Below, piece after piece: positions 37,988 through 46,883 of a DNA stretch of 57,580 bases (position 1 is the first letter of the stretch; every line of letters starts with the position of its first letter). Source of the stretch: a virus. The notes below the pieces were generated by a model, which worked only from the letters and a program-made list of their open reading frames with translations, made no database searches and was not told where the DNA came from. The translations under genes and the position numbers were made by a program. The stretch lies in IMG/VR virus record IMGVR_UViG_3300014911_000006, one strand, 5' to 3'.

Positions 37988-40900
37988 CTATTTACTCACC
38001 TCTATATATTCAGGTAGATCAGTTATATCTCTATACTCATAATAGTAGTCTTTAACATAGACACACTTGTATCTGTTAGCTAGATTACATCTAATGGGGA
38101 ATCTCAATGTCTCTACTTTTACTGATAACTGTTCTCTTATTCTTCTCTCTCTTTCTCTCCATCCCTCTGAATATAGAGGATATAGTGGACATATCTCTGG
38201 ATTATCAAAGTATGGACATCTCTGTAGAGGTATTCTTATCTCTGTCTTGGAGAGAGGATGTGTACCTGCCTCTGCTATTCTCAATGCTGTATCTAATCCA
38301 TCTGGTTCTTTCTTATCTATTCTCTTTCCTCTAAATATAGGGAACATCCATGTTAGATACTTCTTACCCTCTTCATCTCTGAATACTCTTATTCTGATAG
38401 GAGATACTGTTATTATATCTCCCTCTTTACACTTAACATCAGTATTATATGTTCTACCTATATGAAGATACCACTTACCATCTATCTCTACTAGAAACTT
38501 ATCACTCCACTTATCCTTCTCTTTAGGAGGTATTCTAATAACTGCTTCATAGTTATATGTACCTGCCTTAGTCTTATTTATCTTCCATACCATAACATCT
38601 ATCTCCTTTACATTCTTTATCTTGGAGTTATGAAGTATAAGATAAGGAGTGATATAGGAATCTTCTCCCTCTATTTGGAGATCATAGACTGTCTTTTTCT
38701 CATAGATCTCTCTAATCTTGATGGTTAGATCAGGTTCTCCTTTAAGGAATCTAAATCTGAAGTATCCTCTACCTCTTCTTGGCTTTAGTTTCTGAACTGA
38801 GACTTTAAATCCTCTATACTGAAGTATGAGGAAGAGTCTACCTGCAAGAGAACTACTAGATGTGGAGAACCCTACTCTCTTAGAAGAAGACTCAATCCAT
38901 CCATCACCCTCAAGATATCCTTCCAAGAATGCTTTAAACTTAGAATCATCTAACTTAGCAAGAAAGAGAGGAACAGTCTTACGGTCAGACTCATCTAAGA
39001 AGTGTTGACTTAACCAAGATGCAAAGGGAAGATCCCAGAATCTAAGAAGAGCAATCTTATATTTATAGAGAGAAGGTTTGACATTGAAGAGTCTTTCTAT
39101 TATCTTAGAATATTTCTCAAGAACAGAGGGATCTTTCTGACAGACAACTATGTCTCCTTTGTTTCCTTCTTTAGTCTTACTACTTCCTATCCATCCTTCT
39201 GCTACCCAGAATCCTAGGAATCTCCAGAAGTCTTCATTACACTCTATCTTCTTCTTGTAGCCATGCCAAGATAGAACTAAAGTCTTGGGAGGTTCTTCTG
39301 TATAAATCTCTAATTTTGGAAAGAGAGATTTCCTATCCCCTATTTCAGAGACTGGTATCCAAGAATCTGTTGTCAACAGTTCATGATTACCTGTTAATCT
39401 GATTGCTAAACCTGATAATGTTCTCACTTCAAATAATCTTTCCTCTGGTAACATTCTTCTCTTTTGGATAGCTACTATTCTATGTGGTTTTCCATCTTTA
39501 GAGTAAACTAAATCTCCTATCTTGAGATCCTTTACTTTCCTGAAGCCTTTAGGAGTAAGAAGATAAGATCCTCCTGTAATACACCACAGATCTGTTCTAG
39601 GAGTGCTTTTATATGATATCTTGTAAGTAGAGTTAGCTGTCTTTAACATAGCACCTTCACTATTAGGATAGTATCTAGCTTTATCTAGATATTCTTCAAA
39701 CTCATCCTTGTCTCTAGCTATCCATGACTCTACTAGAGACCAATGTCTTAATCCTTTAGGTACTAGCTTCTTTAATAGATTGAGTCTCTCTATATATGGT
39801 TTATCTGTTAACTGTTCTCCATCATAGTAGAGGATATCGTGTATATGGAAGACTACGCTTCTATCATCTAATCCCTTCTTAGCTACTATCCACTTTATCA
39901 TATCCTCTCTCTGATATTGTTCACACTTCTGTTCTATTTCTTTACCTGTCTTATATTTCTCTGCACATTCTGAAGGATAATCCACAAGTTCCGTGTCGAT
40001 TATATAGTCTTTCTCTGGAAACTTCTGTAGCATCTCTCTTACTGATTCTTTGAAGTATTTAGCTCTATCTCTTAACTGATCCTCTGTAAATATCCATATC
40101 TTATCTCCTGCTCTGTGTATCTGTAATCTAAAGCCATCATATTTAGGTTGTATCACTATACCATCATCTATATACTCTGATCCCCAGTTCTTCCATAACA
40201 TAACAGGATCAAAAAACTCATTCTTATTGAAGGTAGTACCTGTCTTCATAGGCTTAAATGGCTTACCTACTGTTATCTTCTTCTCTTTAGATAGAGACTC
40301 ATCTCTACTTACTCTAGTATATGATAGCTTGTAGAGAGGTATATTGTATCCTACCATAGCACCATGAGGAGAGTATATGAAGTGTAGTCTCTTAAATAAC
40401 CAATCTGGTAACACTCTCTCTAGTTCTTTTATCAATCTAGGATCAGGATATCTCTGCTTGATAACTATATCTATATCATGATCTACAGGTATCTCTCCTT
40501 CATTGACTATTCTACCTACTAGGAATATATGAGCAGGAGGATCATTGATAGTGAATGTATTAGGAAATGCATCTAGTACCTCTTTTAGTGTTATCTTATC
40601 TTTCTCTAGTCCTTTAGGAGGAGAAGGATATTCTACTACTATAAGTTCAGATTCTCTATCTAGTTTATCTTTGATAGTATGAGGTATGTTTCTCTCTAGC
40701 ATCTCTTTCCATACAAATATGTGAGCATTGATAGTCTCTTCTGATATTCTACCCTTTTCTTCTAGTTCTCTATTTGCTACTTCATGTAACCAGTCATGTA
40801 GAGATATTAGATCTTTATCAGATAGACTTCTAACTAATCTATCATCTATTTTCTCTATACTCCATTCTGCTAACTCTTCTATCTCTTCTAGATTTATACC

Positions 40901-43576
40901 CTTCTTCTTCAATCTCTCTTTAACCTTCTCATAAAGTTCTCTAGCATACTTCTTCATCTCTTTAGGTCTAAACGTATGTTTTAACTTACCTGCTTTAACT
41001 CTTCTATAGATTTCCTCTACTATCTTTTCTCCAAATTCTACACATTTGTCAGGAGTGAGTTCTATCTTTTTACCAAACTCATGAACATGAATCTTCTTGC
41101 CTCTTCTAATACTGCTATGCCATCCACAGTTATGAACGATAAATGGGATACAGTAAGTATGATCTCCATCAACCACTAGATTATAGACTTTACCAGAATA
41201 ATGTTCTTTCCAGACTTTCTTGATTGGAAGTATTAGATAACCATCTTTCCTAAAGATTACTTGTCCTAGTTTAGGATTAGCTGTAATAGTGTAAGCAATA
41301 GAAGAACCAAAATTAGTTTCTTTAGTGCTCTCAGAGATTGAACCTATCTTTCCTAGCTTAAGTAGACAGAGAAATGCAGAGTAGACCAACTTCTTACTAA
41401 CTGTTGAAACACAGAATGGATGACTCTTCTTTCCATCTCCCTTCCTCCAACAATCAAGAAGTAATTGAATCTTCCTAGGTTCTTCATCTATAACCCATTG
41501 AGGTATAACTTTATTCTTAGCTCCTTTCCCAAAATTGTTTACAAGGAAATCTCTTAGTTCTTTAGAATAAAGATTGATCCTTATCTCTTTTTCTAGTTTC
41601 TTCATAGATCCCTTAATGCCTAATCGTTTAGCTAGTTGTAGGATCTCTTCAGCATATTCTATCTCTAGAGGAGATAAAGAGAAACGTATACAGCCAGAAG
41701 ATGCAGGGAATCCTTCTGCTAGATACCATCCTGCCAGACTGAAGATTTCATCTGGTAGTCCTGAAGGGATAATCTTTTGTGGAATTGGTATCTTAACACC
41801 ATGTCTCTTAGGCTTAAGATCTCTAGCTTCTATCCATTGTTCTTCATATTTATATCCAAGAGATACCCTTCCACCATATGTATTCTTCCAACCTAGATAT
41901 CTTCCTAATCTAGGAACGTAAGAGTTTCTATCATGATCTATTGTAACAATTAGAATAGGATGTTCAGGAGTGGTAGCAAACTCTCCTAGATAAGCTACTC
42001 TAAACTTGATAAGTTCACCATCATAATCTCTACTAAGAGTTTTTAAAATTCTACTTTGACCACTAGAACCAAGGATAGTCTTACTTTCTGGTTGAGAGAT
42101 AAAGGAGAGGGTAGGATTAGTCCATATTAGTGTGTCTGGTGGAAAACATAATATCCTCCAATCATCGGCTAACGGGAGATTGTCTACTTTCTTAGGATCA
42201 TATTTCCCTATATCCTGTATAAGATCTACTCTATCTAGGATACAGTAGCTAGTATCTCTCATACCTTTAGGATGAGGTATCTCTAGTCTATTGAAACACT
42301 CTACTAGATAGTTATGATACTCTATATCTTCATCTGTTATCTCTTCTTTAGAGTGTATCTTAGCATGTTCTAATATTAAATCTTCTAGAGTGAGATCTAA
42401 TACTATATTCTCTGGTTTAATGAATACCTGTGCTCCTCTAGGATACTCTACTGATATAGGAGTAGAGAACTGTTTCAATACAGAGACATGATAGGAATAT
42501 AGTTTATCCTTCTTAGAGAATGACCATCTATCTGCCTCTTCATCTGTTATCTTATGATATTCTCTTAACTGTTTAAACTGTTCTTGTGTTATCTCTTCTG
42601 GTTCATCTAGTCTAATTATACCTAGAGCTTTCTTATCTTCTATTAACAGTAGAGGTTCATTGATATGTTCAGTATACTTCTTAGATTTGATTACTAGTGT
42701 CTTCTCTCCTTTCATAATAAGAGTACCATGAGGAGATACTAGGATATATCCAGCTGTATATTCAGGTATATCTGCTATCTTCTTAGGAGTAATGATATCT
42801 TCTGTGGTAACAGTAAGATCTTTAGAGGATATCTCCATCTTGTCTCTAGCTACTGTTATCTTTATATCTCTGTCTCCCACTAGATCCCCTATCTTCTCTT
42901 TCAATTCTCTATCTCCCATCCCTACTGCTTCTTCTCCTAGATGTGTAAGTATAAGATGTCTAATATCATTTTCTTCTAATATATCTAGTAGCTCTCTAAC
43001 AGAGAGATGACCATATATCTCTCCTGTATCCTTATCTCTTCTAGTTATAGACTTATCTATTGTAGAGGTATCTCCTATCCATACATCTATGTTCTTAAGA
43101 TACTTCTCCTGTTTATCTTTCTTTATCCATCTCATATCTGGAGCATATATTATTCTCTTGTTATCTACTTCTATTAAGAGTATATCCATAGGATGTTTAA
43201 CAGAGTGTAGTACAGGTATAGGAGTTATCTTAAAGTCTCCTAGAGTATTAGTCTGCTCTGATTCTAGTATCTTCAGTCTATTCTCTTTCTTGAAGTGTTC
43301 TATCCAAGAGGGAGTACAGGTATCAAATGTTAGTCTAGTAGCATAGATATCACAGTTAGGATCTTCTTCCTTTAATCCTCCTATATGATCTTTATGTGAG
43401 TGTGTGATTACTATATAGTCTGGTTTGATATTCTCTATCTTCCAGTCTCTATCTACTCCTACATCTACTAATAGCTTCTGTCCACTATTACTGATAACAA
43501 GAATAGAAGAGTGATTTCTATGATTACTATTCTCTTTATCTATTTCTCCCTTAGTACCTAGAAATACTATCTTCAA
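37988..43576 (-). CDS. 1862-aa polyprotein: MBL-fold hydrolase + ASCH-like + His-rich repeats + Pol-beta NTase-like + ATP-dependent ligase (adenylation + OB), two inteins
   Basis: THSHKDH/HSVKH/LTHL; GYILVSPHG..I.KGEKT; LVGRIV...HDIDI; PKYDG, DTELV, HDIL, EGAMLK, W|SKIK, PIFRGKR.DK. Confidence 0.85.
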   Translation of the reverse strand: MKIVFLGTKGEIDKENSNHRNHSSILVISNSGQKLLVDVGVDRDWKIENIKPDYIVITHSHKDHIGGLKEEDPNCDIYATRLTFDTCTPSWIEHFKKENRLKILESEQTNTLGDFKITPIPVLHSVKHPMDILLIEVDNKRIIYAPDMRWIKKDKQEKYLKNIDVWIGDTSTIDKSITRRDKDTGEIYGHLSVRELLDILEENDIRHLILTHLGEEAVGMGDRELKEKIGDLVGDRDIKITVARDKMEISSKDLTVTTEDIITPKKIADIPEYTAGYILVSPHGTLIMKGEKTLVIKSKKYTEHINEPLLLIEDKKALGIIRLDEPEEITQEQFKQLREYHKITDEEADRWSFSKKDKLYSYHVSVLKQFSTPISVEYPRGAQVFIKPENIVLDLTLEDLILEHAKIHSKEEITDEDIEYHNYLVECFNRLEIPHPKGMRDTSYCILDRVDLIQDIGKYDPKKVDNLPLADDWRILCFPPDTLIWTNPTLSFISQPESKTILGSSGQSRILKTLSRDYDGELIKFRVAYLGEFATTPEHPILIVTIDHDRNSYVPRLGRYLGWKNTYGGRVSLGYKYEEQWIEARDLKPKRHGVKIPIPQKIIPSGLPDEIFSLAGWYLAEGFPASSGCIRFSLSPLEIEYAEEILQLAKRLGIKGSMKKLEKEIRINLYSKELRDFLVNNFGKGAKNKVIPQWVIDEEPRKIQLLLDCWRKGDGKKSHPFCVSTVSKKLVYSAFLCLLKLGKIGSISESTKETNFGSSIAYTITANPKLGQVIFRKDGYLILPIKKVWKEHYSGKVYNLVVDGDHTYCIPFIVHNCGWHSSIRRGKKIHVHEFGKKIELTPDKCVEFGEKIVEEIYRRVKAGKLKHTFRPKEMKKYARELYEKVKERLKKKGINLEEIEELAEWSIEKIDDRLVRSLSDKDLISLHDWLHEVANRELEEKGRISEETINAHIFVWKEMLERNIPHTIKDKLDRESELIVVEYPSPPKGLEKDKITLKEVLDAFPNTFTINDPPAHIFLVGRIVNEGEIPVDHDIDIVIKQRYPDPRLIKELERVLPDWLFKRLHFIYSPHGAMVGYNIPLYKLSYTRVSRDESLSKEKKITVGKPFKPMKTGTTFNKNEFFDPVMLWKNWGSEYIDDGIVIQPKYDGFRLQIHRAGDKIWIFTEDQLRDRAKYFKESVREMLQKFPEKDYIIDTELVDYPSECAEKYKTGKEIEQKCEQYQREDMIKWIVAKKGLDDRSVVFHIHDILYYDGEQLTDKPYIERLNLLKKLVPKGLRHWSLVESWIARDKDEFEEYLDKARYYPNSEGAMLKTANSTYKISYKSTPRTDLWCITGGSYLLTPKGFRKVKDLKIGDLVYSKDGKPHRIVAIQKRRMLPEERLFEVRTLSGLAIRLTGNHELLTTDSWIPVSEIGDRKSLFPKLEIYTEEPPKTLVLSWHGYKKKIECNEDFWRFLGFWVAEGWIGSSKTKEGNKGDIVVCQKDPSVLEKYSKIIERLFNVKPSLYKYKIALLRFWDLPFASWLSQHFLDESDRKTVPLFLAKLDDSKFKAFLEGYLEGDGWIESSSKRVGFSTSSSSLAGRLFLILQYRGFKVSVQKLKPRRGRGYFRFRFLKGEPDLTIKIREIYEKKTVYDLQIEGEDSYITPYLILHNSKIKNVKEIDVMVWKINKTKAGTYNYEAVIRIPPKEKDKWSDKFLVEIDGKWYLHIGRTYNTDVKCKEGDIITVSPIRIRVFRDEEGKKYLTWMFPIFRGKRIDKKEPDGLDTALRIAEAGTHPLSKTEIRIPLQRCPYFDNPEICPLYPLYSEGWRERERRIREQLSVKVETLRFPIRCNLANRYKCVYVKDYYYEYRDITDLPEYIEVSK
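38627..39583 (-). mobile_element. intein (319 aa) in ligase motif V, LAGLIDADG
   Basis: W|CITGGS...LTGNHELL...GFWVAEGW...GYLEGDG...LHN|S. Confidence 0.92.
41129..42148 (-). mobile_element. intein (340 aa) in an uncharacterised domain, LAGLIDADG
   Basis: RIL|CFPPDT...TPEHPIL...GWYLAEG...CWRKGDG...VHN|C. Confidence 0.92.
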
Positions 43577-43624
43577 TACTTGTTCACTATAGATAAATAT
43601 AATAGAGGAGATATTTAAGATGAG
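43577..43624. promoter_or_regulatory. short divergent promoter region (probably leaderless transcripts)
   Basis: 48-bp AT-rich gap with TATTTAT/TAAATATAATA about 20-30 nt from both starts. Confidence 0.4.
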
Positions 43625-45712
43625 ATGTCTACAATGAAGAAGCTCTATAGATATTTTGATAACAAGAATATTCTGATTACAGGTGGAGGAGGATTTATAG
43701 GAACTAATCTAGCTAGGAGATTGGTATCTAACTATAACTGTAATGTTACTGTAGCTGATATTAGATTTATAGATTGGTATCTAGAGGATATAGATAGGAA
43801 ACTAGAGAAGATAAGAGTAGATATAAGAGATTATTGGAGATGTCTAAAACTAACTAGAAGAAAGGATATAGTGTTTCATCTATCTGCTAATATGGGAGGT
43901 ATAGGATTCATAGTTACCAATAGAGCTAATGTTATGAGAGATAATCTGAGAATGAATATCAATATGTTAGAGGCTAGTAAGGAGAATAATGTAGAGAGAT
44001 TCTTCTTCTCTAGTTCTGCTTGTGTATATCCAGAAGAGAAGCAGACTACTCCTGATGTTAAGCCTCTAAGAGAGGAGGATGCTATACCTGCTAACCCTGA
44101 TACCTGCTTTACACCTGAAACTATAGTCTACACACAACCAGAGATCAAGAAGATAGAAGAAGTCAAAGAAGGAGATAAGATTCTGAGTGGAGATGGAACT
44201 CTCAGAGAAGTTAAAAGGATCTTCAAGAGACATTATGATGGAAAGATTAGGAAAATAAAGACTTGGATGTATAATATACCCATAAGAGTAACACCAAATC
44301 ATCCATTCTTAGTAGCTAAACGAAAGAAATCAAGACTAAGAGCATTTGAAAAACCAAGATGGTTACCTGCGTTTTCTGTTAAGAAAGGAGATGCATTAGT
44401 GATACCAATAATGAAAGAGATTGAAGAGAAAGAAGTAGATGAGGGATTCTTGAAATTAGCAGGCTATTATCTAGCTGAAGGTTCAATAGATCACAAGAAG
44501 TGTTTTGATAAGCAATATGGTAAAAAGTATTTCAATGGTTGGAGGGTAGCTCTATGGTTTAGTGAGAAAACAAGAGAATTAATGGAAGATATTGAAGAGT
44601 ATCTTAAGACTAGGAAGATAGGATTCACTAAGTATCAACATAAGAATCTTATTGGATTTGAGATAACCTCTAAAGAAATAGCAAGAGAACTAGAAGAATT
44701 TGGGAAAGGAGCTTACAATAAGAAGATTCCTCTATGGATCATGAAATTGCCAAAAGAGAAACAGAGAGTATTCTTAGATGCATATCTTCAAGGTGATGGA
44801 GCAATCTTCAGAGACAAGAATATTGGAAGAGAAATAATAGTAGCAACTACGGTCTCTAGAAGCTTAGCTTTCCAATTAGTTCAAATGTTTCTTAGACAAG
44901 GATATTGTCCTTCAATTACTTTAACCGAAAACAAGGATAGTAAATTAGAAGGCAGAGTCATTAAGGGTGGCTTGATCTTTAGAGTAAAGGCAACAAAGAG
45001 AAAGGGTGACAAGAAATCCAATTGGGCATCTTGGATTGATAATGGTTTCTACTATGTCTTGGTAAGAGAAAGCAGAGAGGAAGACTATTCTGGTCTGGTT
45101 TATAATAGTGAAATAAGCACAATACATAGCTATACTGTAGGAATAGGCTTAGTTGTTCACAATTCCTATGGATGGGAGAAGCTAACTACTGAGAAGCTAT
45201 GTGAAGCATATTATCTAGACTATGAGCTAGAGACTAGAGTAGCTAGATTCCATAATATCTATGGAGAATACTGTAGTTTTGATGAGAGAGGTAAAGCTCC
45301 TGCTCATCTTATAGGTAAAGCGTTACTGTATCCTAGAGTTAGATTTACTATATGGGGAGATGGTAGACAGACTAGATCATTCTGTTATATAGAAGACTGT
45401 CTAGATGCTGTATTACTGTTAACATCATCTGATATTAGAGAACCTCTAAATATAGGATCAGATAGACTTGTTACTATAGATGAACTAGCTAATATGATTA
45501 TAAAGATATCTGGTAAGTATATTGAGAAGGAGTATATAGAAACAGGTATACAGGGAGTAAGAGGAAGGAATGCTGATCTAACTAAGATAAGACAGTTACT
45601 AGGATGGTATCCTAAGTATAGTCTAGAAGAGGGATTAGAGAGAACATTTACATGGGCTTTAAAGAATATTAATAGAATAGATTGGAGTTATCTTCTTAGA
45701 AGTGTTTCTTGA
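43625..45712 (+). CDS. NAD-dependent nucleotide-sugar epimerase (GDP-mannose 3,5-epimerase-like), intein-containing
   Basis: TGGGGFIG, ANMGGIGFI, SSSACVYPE, spliced PANPDT|SYGWEK, GDG.QTRSF. Confidence 0.9.
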   Translation: MSTMKKLYRYFDNKNILITGGGGFIGTNLARRLVSNYNCNVTVADIRFIDWYLEDIDRKLEKIRVDIRDYWRCLKLTRRKDIVFHLSANMGGIGFIVTNRANVMRDNLRMNINMLEASKENNVERFFFSSSACVYPEEKQTTPDVKPLREEDAIPANPDTCFTPETIVYTQPEIKKIEEVKEGDKILSGDGTLREVKRIFKRHYDGKIRKIKTWMYNIPIRVTPNHPFLVAKRKKSRLRAFEKPRWLPAFSVKKGDALVIPIMKEIEEKEVDEGFLKLAGYYLAEGSIDHKKCFDKQYGKKYFNGWRVALWFSEKTRELMEDIEEYLKTRKIGFTKYQHKNLIGFEITSKEIARELEEFGKGAYNKKIPLWIMKLPKEKQRVFLDAYLQGDGAIFRDKNIGREIIVATTVSRSLAFQLVQMFLRQGYCPSITLTENKDSKLEGRVIKGGLIFRVKATKRKGDKKSNWASWIDNGFYYVLVRESREEDYSGLVYNSEISTIHSYTVGIGLVVHNSYGWEKLTTEKLCEAYYLDYELETRVARFHNIYGEYCSFDERGKAPAHLIGKALLYPRVRFTIWGDGRQTRSFCYIEDCLDAVLLLTSSDIREPLNIGSDRLVTIDELANMIIKISGKYIEKEYIETGIQGVRGRNADLTKIRQLLGWYPKYSLEEGLERTFTWALKNINRIDWSYLLRSVS
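44105..45163 (+). mobile_element. intein (353 aa) just before the catalytic YxxxK, LAGLIDADG
   Basis: T|CFTPET...TPNHPF...GYYLAEGS...AYLQGDG...VHN|S. Confidence 0.92.
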
Positions 45713-46631
45713 TATTACTAGCTAGATCTAGATGATGATATGCTGGATACTGATACTCTTCAGCATAATATTTGACCACACTATATGAATCAGAGAACAG
45801 ACCTACTATCTTATGATTTTTCAAAACAGAGGAGTAGAGAATAACATGCTTCCTATTTGTAATATGATTAGGGATAAGATGTACTATTCCTTTAACTGTA
45901 GCTGGATCTAGTTCTAGATTTATCCATTCTAGTAGCTTATTCTTCTCTTCTTTAGATATATCTAGATTAGAGATAACATAGGAAAAGAGTATATGATCCA
46001 TCTCTGGTGTATAGAATCTATGTTTACACATTATGATAGGAACAACAGTATAGTCTCTAGATAATATCTGATATGACTTGAACATAGGAAGGATAAACTC
46101 TGATCTGTTTCTGCATGATAAACCTATTAAAGGCTTATCAGTATCAAAGTATCTCTCTATTAGCTGTTTTGCTTTATCTATATTAGGTGTAATCTCTAAT
46201 GCTGGATCTCTAACTACCTCTACATTCTCTATTCCTATCTGCTCTAGATTTCTCTTATCCCAGTTGGTTCTAACAGATAGATAGTTTACTCTATTGAGAG
46301 CATACTTGACTATTAAGACATCTGATATCATTATATGAGATCCTACTCCATATACTGTTACTGGTTTATCTTGTCTAAGATATGCTATCACTCTCTCCAT
46401 ATAGTTTCTAGCTGATCCATCATATAGTATACCTCCTCCTCCTAGTATCAGTTCATCCAGATCATCTCTAAACTTAGTAGTAAAGGGAATATCAGGACAG
46501 TAGTCTCTATGTTCTTTAGGAGCTAGAGAATATACCATAATATCTCTAGTACCAAATATCTTTAGACATCCTAGTAGTATAGCATCATCTCCTCTGTTTC
46601 CTGCTCCATAAGCTCCTATCAGTAATCTCAT
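45696..46631 (-). CDS. polysaccharide pyruvyl-transferase-like (CsaB/WcaK) protein
   Basis: GAYGAGNRGDDAIL, GGGGILYD, YGVG, SVR. Confidence 0.8.
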   Translation of the reverse strand: MRLLIGAYGAGNRGDDAILLGCLKIFGTRDIMVYSLAPKEHRDYCPDIPFTTKFRDDLDELILGGGGILYDGSARNYMERVIAYLRQDKPVTVYGVGSHIMISDVLIVKYALNRVNYLSVRTNWDKRNLEQIGIENVEVVRDPALEITPNIDKAKQLIERYFDTDKPLIGLSCRNRSEFILPMFKSYQILSRDYTVVPIIMCKHRFYTPEMDHILFSYVISNLDISKEEKNKLLEWINLELDPATVKGIVHLIPNHITNRKHVILYSSVLKNHKIVGLFSDSYSVVKYYAEEYQYPAYHHLDLASNIKKHF

Positions 46632-46879
46632 TGTATATCTCCATATAGTTTAACTTCTTCCTTTACATAAGGAGTCTTCTTACCTGTAACTAGATCTGCT
46701 ATTAGTCTATCTATCTCACTCTTAACTATCCATCTCTCCATGTTTAGTTGATCTATCTTCTTCTTACACTCTGTAGTTATCTTGGGATCATAGTTAGACT
46801 TTCTTATCTTACTTTCTAGATGAAATATCTTGTTATTGATAATGGATAATCTCTCTATTAGATCAGATAGTGTCTCCAT
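46628..46879 (-). CDS. small helical protein (DUF4254-like)
   Basis: LSDLIERLSI.N.KI.HLE...LN.ER. Confidence 0.5.
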   Translation of the reverse strand: METLSDLIERLSIINNKIFHLESKIRKSNYDPKITTECKKKIDQLNMERWIVKSEIDRLIADLVTGKKTPYVKEEVKLYGDIQ

Positions 46880-46883
46880 ACTC

